DNA of 64,000 bases, from assembly GCF_016342705.1 (NCBI RefSeq), contig NZ_JAEINV010000006.1, forward strand, positions 103,344-167,343, in the 5' to 3' direction. The first letter of the stretch is position 1; the number at the start of each line of letters is the position of its first letter. Below the pieces are notes generated by a model, which saw nothing but the letters and a program-made list of their open reading frames with translations, did no database searches and was not told where the DNA came from. Shown here piece by piece: positions 61,406 through 64,000 of this stretch. This DNA is from Lutibacter sp. (GTDB lineage: Bacteria > Bacteroidota > Bacteroidia > Flavobacteriales > Flavobacteriaceae). A program made the position numbers and the translations under genes.

Positions 61406-61475
61406 ACAAATGGTATGTTTTTTACAACAAATGGTAAGTTTTTCTTGTTTTATGTTATTTTATTTTTTACATTTG
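61406..61475 (+). promoter_or_regulatory. Direct-repeat operator plus -7 box (copy 2)
   Basis: ACAAATGGTA at 61406 and 61427; TACATTTG at 61468. Confidence 0.6.
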
Positions 61476-61660
61476 AGTATGAAAATTTAAATAAAAACCC
61501 AAATTAATTAACCCCCAAAACCCCGAAAGAAATAAATCAACCCTAATTACTTAAACCTAAAACCCCAAAGGCAAATAAATCAACCCTAAATTTCTTAACC
61601 CCAAAACCCCAAAGACAAATAAATCAACCCTAAATTTCTCAACCCCAAAACCCCTCAAAA

Positions 61661-62164
61661 ATGAAAACTTCATTCCTTAACCTCCTAGCCCTATTCGCTG
61701 TTTCTACCATTTTATTTTCTTGTTCTCCAGCAGATGATGGTATTTATTTTGAAAATAGTGAAGTTGTTAATACTACTAATGTCACTTATACTACTATGGA
61801 AAATGACATTTTAGCTTTAGTAAATGCCCACAGAACTAGTTTAGGATTAACTTCTTTAGCACCGTTAGATATCATTTCTGGCGTAGCTGATGGACATACA
61901 GAATACATGATTGAAGTAGGTAGTGTTAATCATGATAACTTTAGCCAAAGAGCTCAAAATTTAATGGATAATGCTGGTGCAAAAACAGTTGGTGAAAATG
62001 TAGCTTACGGATTCAGCACCGCTGAAGGTGTTGTTAATGGCTGGTTAAATAGTCCTGAACACAAAAGCATTATTGAGAATCCAAACTATACACATTTTGG
62101 AATATCTACAGAAACAAATAAAGAAAATAGAAACTATTTTACACAAATTTTCATTAAAAAATAA
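61661..62164 (+). CDS. CAP/SCP domain lipoprotein, copy 2
   Basis: Protein identical to copy 1. Confidence 0.9.
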   Translation: MKTSFLNLLALFAVSTILFSCSPADDGIYFENSEVVNTTNVTYTTMENDILALVNAHRTSLGLTSLAPLDIISGVADGHTEYMIEVGSVNHDNFSQRAQNLMDNAGAKTVGENVAYGFSTAEGVVNGWLNSPEHKSIIENPNYTHFGISTETNKENRNYFTQIFIKK

Positions 62165-62216
62165 TACAAATTCATTTTTAAAAAGTATTCAATAATTAAC
62201 CCCTAACATTAATATT

Positions 62217-62405
62217 ATGAAAACAACCTCAGAAAATGCAACGATTTTAAAATCTCATTTAACCCTAATTAAAAGTGATTTTGTACAAAAAAAAACAAAA
62301 ACAGATAACATTGACAGAATATATATAAATACATTAATGCCAGGTTTTAATTATACAAACCACTTAGGTGAATTAATTACACCAAAAAAATGTATTTTAT
62401 TATAG
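62217..62405 (+). CDS. Small hypothetical protein, copy 2
   Basis: 62 aa paralog of 57817-58008. Confidence 0.7.
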   Translation: MKTTSENATILKSHLTLIKSDFVQKKTKTDNIDRIYINTLMPGFNYTNHLGELITPKKCILL

Positions 62406-62608
62406 GTTAATTTTATAAGTTGTCCCCACAACGGTAATATTTAACCATCCACGTTCCCATAACGGTAGTTCATAAAACAAAACGTTTCGTTCCCACAACG
62501 GTAGTTTATAAAAAAAGTTACCATTAAATCAAACGTATCTAAAAACAATATAAGAGGAAAATTAAACCTAAATTTTCCTCTTATTTAAAATATTTTTTTG
62601 GGTTAATT

Positions 62609-62670
62609 AGGGAAGTCTATATGCAAATGTAAGGGGTTACACCATTGCTAAATGACTTCCCTCTTTTTTT
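62609..62670 (+). terminator. Nested hairpin with U-tract, copy 2
   Basis: Same outer stem as copy 1; inner stem changed in sequence but still pairs. Confidence 0.65.
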
Positions 62671-62700
62671 AAATTTATTTAAGCTCACCTTTTAATAAAC

Positions 62701-63198
62701 CTATTGTGGTAATTTCAACTTTAAAGCTTCCACAATATGATAGGCAGCCGGACAAATTTCAGTATTTTTAACGGTTAAATTAGCAATCTGAATAAATTTA
62801 CGTCTATCCGTATGTGGGTATTCACTGCACGCTTTTGGGCGAACATCATAAATGGTACACATATTATCTTCCAAATCTAAAAAAGAACAAGGCGCTGTTT
62901 TTAACACGTAAAAATCATCTTCATCTCTTTTTAAATATTCATTTGTAAAATCTAACACTTTCATTCTAAAATGTTTAGAAATACGTTCAATATCTTTAAT
63001 TGTAAAAATTGGACTTGTAGTTTTACAGCAATTCCCACACGTTAAGCAATCTGTTTTTTCAAACTCCTTATCATGCAAATCCTGCATTATTAAGTCTAAA
63101 TTTTTAGGCGTACGCTTTTTTAACTTTTGAAAGTATTTTTTGCTTTCTTGCTCTTTCTCTTTTGCTAATTTTGGCAATTCGTTTAAAAAATTTTCCAT
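62701..63198 (-). CDS. YkgJ-family cysteine-cluster protein
   Basis: DCLTCGNCCK, PCSFL..CTIYDVRPKACSEYPH. Confidence 0.88.
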   Translation of the reverse strand: MENFLNELPKLAKEKEQESKKYFQKLKKRTPKNLDLIMQDLHDKEFEKTDCLTCGNCCKTTSPIFTIKDIERISKHFRMKVLDFTNEYLKRDEDDFYVLKTAPCSFLDLEDNMCTIYDVRPKACSEYPHTDRRKFIQIANLTVKNTEICPAAYHIVEALKLKLPQ

Positions 63199-63275
63199 AG
63201 TGCAAATATATAAATGTTATTTGTTTGTGATACCTTTATAATTAAGTATTAAATTCGTTTTTTAAATCCATTTTT

Positions 63276-64000
63276 ATGAAGTTTTTCAAATTCTTTTTAT
63301 TTGTTTCTTTTATAAGTATCTCCGTTTTTTCACAAACAAAAGAACAAATTAACCATTTAGATGCCTATTTTCAAAAATCATTAAATGAATGGCAAGTTCC
63401 CGGTATGGCAATTGCCATTGTAAATGCCGATTCCATTGTTTTTAGTAAAGGTTACGGATTTTCGAACATTAAAAAAAACACAAAAGTTGATGGAAATACC
63501 TTGTTTGCCGTAGCATCTAATTCAAAAGCTTTTACGGCAAGTGCTATTGCAATTTTAGTAGAAGAAGGAAAACTACATTGGACAGATAAAGTAATTGATT
63601 ACTTACCCTATTTTAAAATGTATGATGATTATACCACACAAAATTTTACTATTGAAGATTTATTGTGCCATAGAAGTGGTTTAGTAACTTTTAGTGGAGA
63701 TTTATTATGGTACGGCACAACTTTAACTGCTGAAGAAATTATTGAAGCACAGCAATATTTAATTCCAAAATACGATTTTAGAACCACGTATGGCTATTCC
63801 AATATTGCATTTTTAGCCGCTGGAAAAATTGTTGAAAAAGTAAGTGGAAACACTTGGCAAAAATTTGTAGAACAACATTTTTTGAGTCCGTTGCAAATGA
63901 ATAGAACACTAACATCCACTAACCAACTGCAAAAAACCACCAATGTTGCAACGCCTTATTATCTTGAAAATGGGACAAATAACGAAGTTAATTGGGTAAA
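63276..64000 (+). CDS. Serine hydrolase (beta-lactamase/PBP-like), partial, runs off window end
   Basis: Manual translation: signal peptide, WQVPGMAIAIV, FAVASNSKAF (SxxK), DLLCHRSG, YGYSN. Confidence 0.85.
   Translation, partial: MKFFKFFLFVSFISISVFSQTKEQINHLDAYFQKSLNEWQVPGMAIAIVNADSIVFSKGYGFSNIKKNTKVDGNTLFAVASNSKAFTASAIAILVEEGKLHWTDKVIDYLPYFKMYDDYTTQNFTIEDLLCHRSGLVTFSGDLLWYGTTLTAEEIIEAQQYLIPKYDFRTTYGYSNIAFLAAGKIVEKVSGNTWQKFVEQHFLSPLQMNRTLTSTNQLQKTTNVATPYYLENGTNNEVNWV

Larger units (their letters stand above)
61315..62781 (+). repeat. Direct repeat copy 2
   Basis: See copy 1; carries one extra leader repeat unit. Confidence 0.9.

Noticed and set aside
1-64000. tRNA, rRNA, known riboswitches, transposases
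   Set aside because: No TpsiC/anticodon-arm pattern, rRNA-like GC-rich tract, recognisable aptamer or DDE motif noticed; an Infernal/tRNAscan run would be needed to exclude them formally.

Overview
AT-rich chromosomal segment of a Flavobacteriaceae (Bacteroidota) bacterium, inferred from gene content and TAnnTTTG promoter boxes. Most of 1-44 kb is housekeeping: uvrA, an RprXY-like two-component system, coaE-yajC-nusB, sucC, pyrC, a MoxR/DUF58 module, dps/oxyR, queD, idi and prfC. The accessory region between prfC and a lolC/E-like gene (about 44.4-54.1 kb) holds the main finding, an integron-like gene-cassette array at 49.35-53.7 kb. Four related 127-136 bp imperfect hairpins with GTT/AAC cores each follow a short-leader minus-strand gene or gene block. 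In the two intact cases the ends of a cassette complement each other better than the two ends of one hairpin do. An attI/Pc-like head is present, but I found no integrase in the window. The cargo includes a GIY-YIG-DUF4357 nuclease and a frameshifted PD-(D/E)XK-like nuclease. At 57-62.8 kb a roughly 1.4 kb module is duplicated around an M16 peptidase pair. The module comprises a promoter, a C4A4C4-repeat leader, a CAP-domain gene, a small ORF, phased repeats with conserved hairpins, and a ykgJ 3' end. No tRNA, rRNA, CRISPR array or transposase was recognised. All family assignments come from motif recognition, not database searches.
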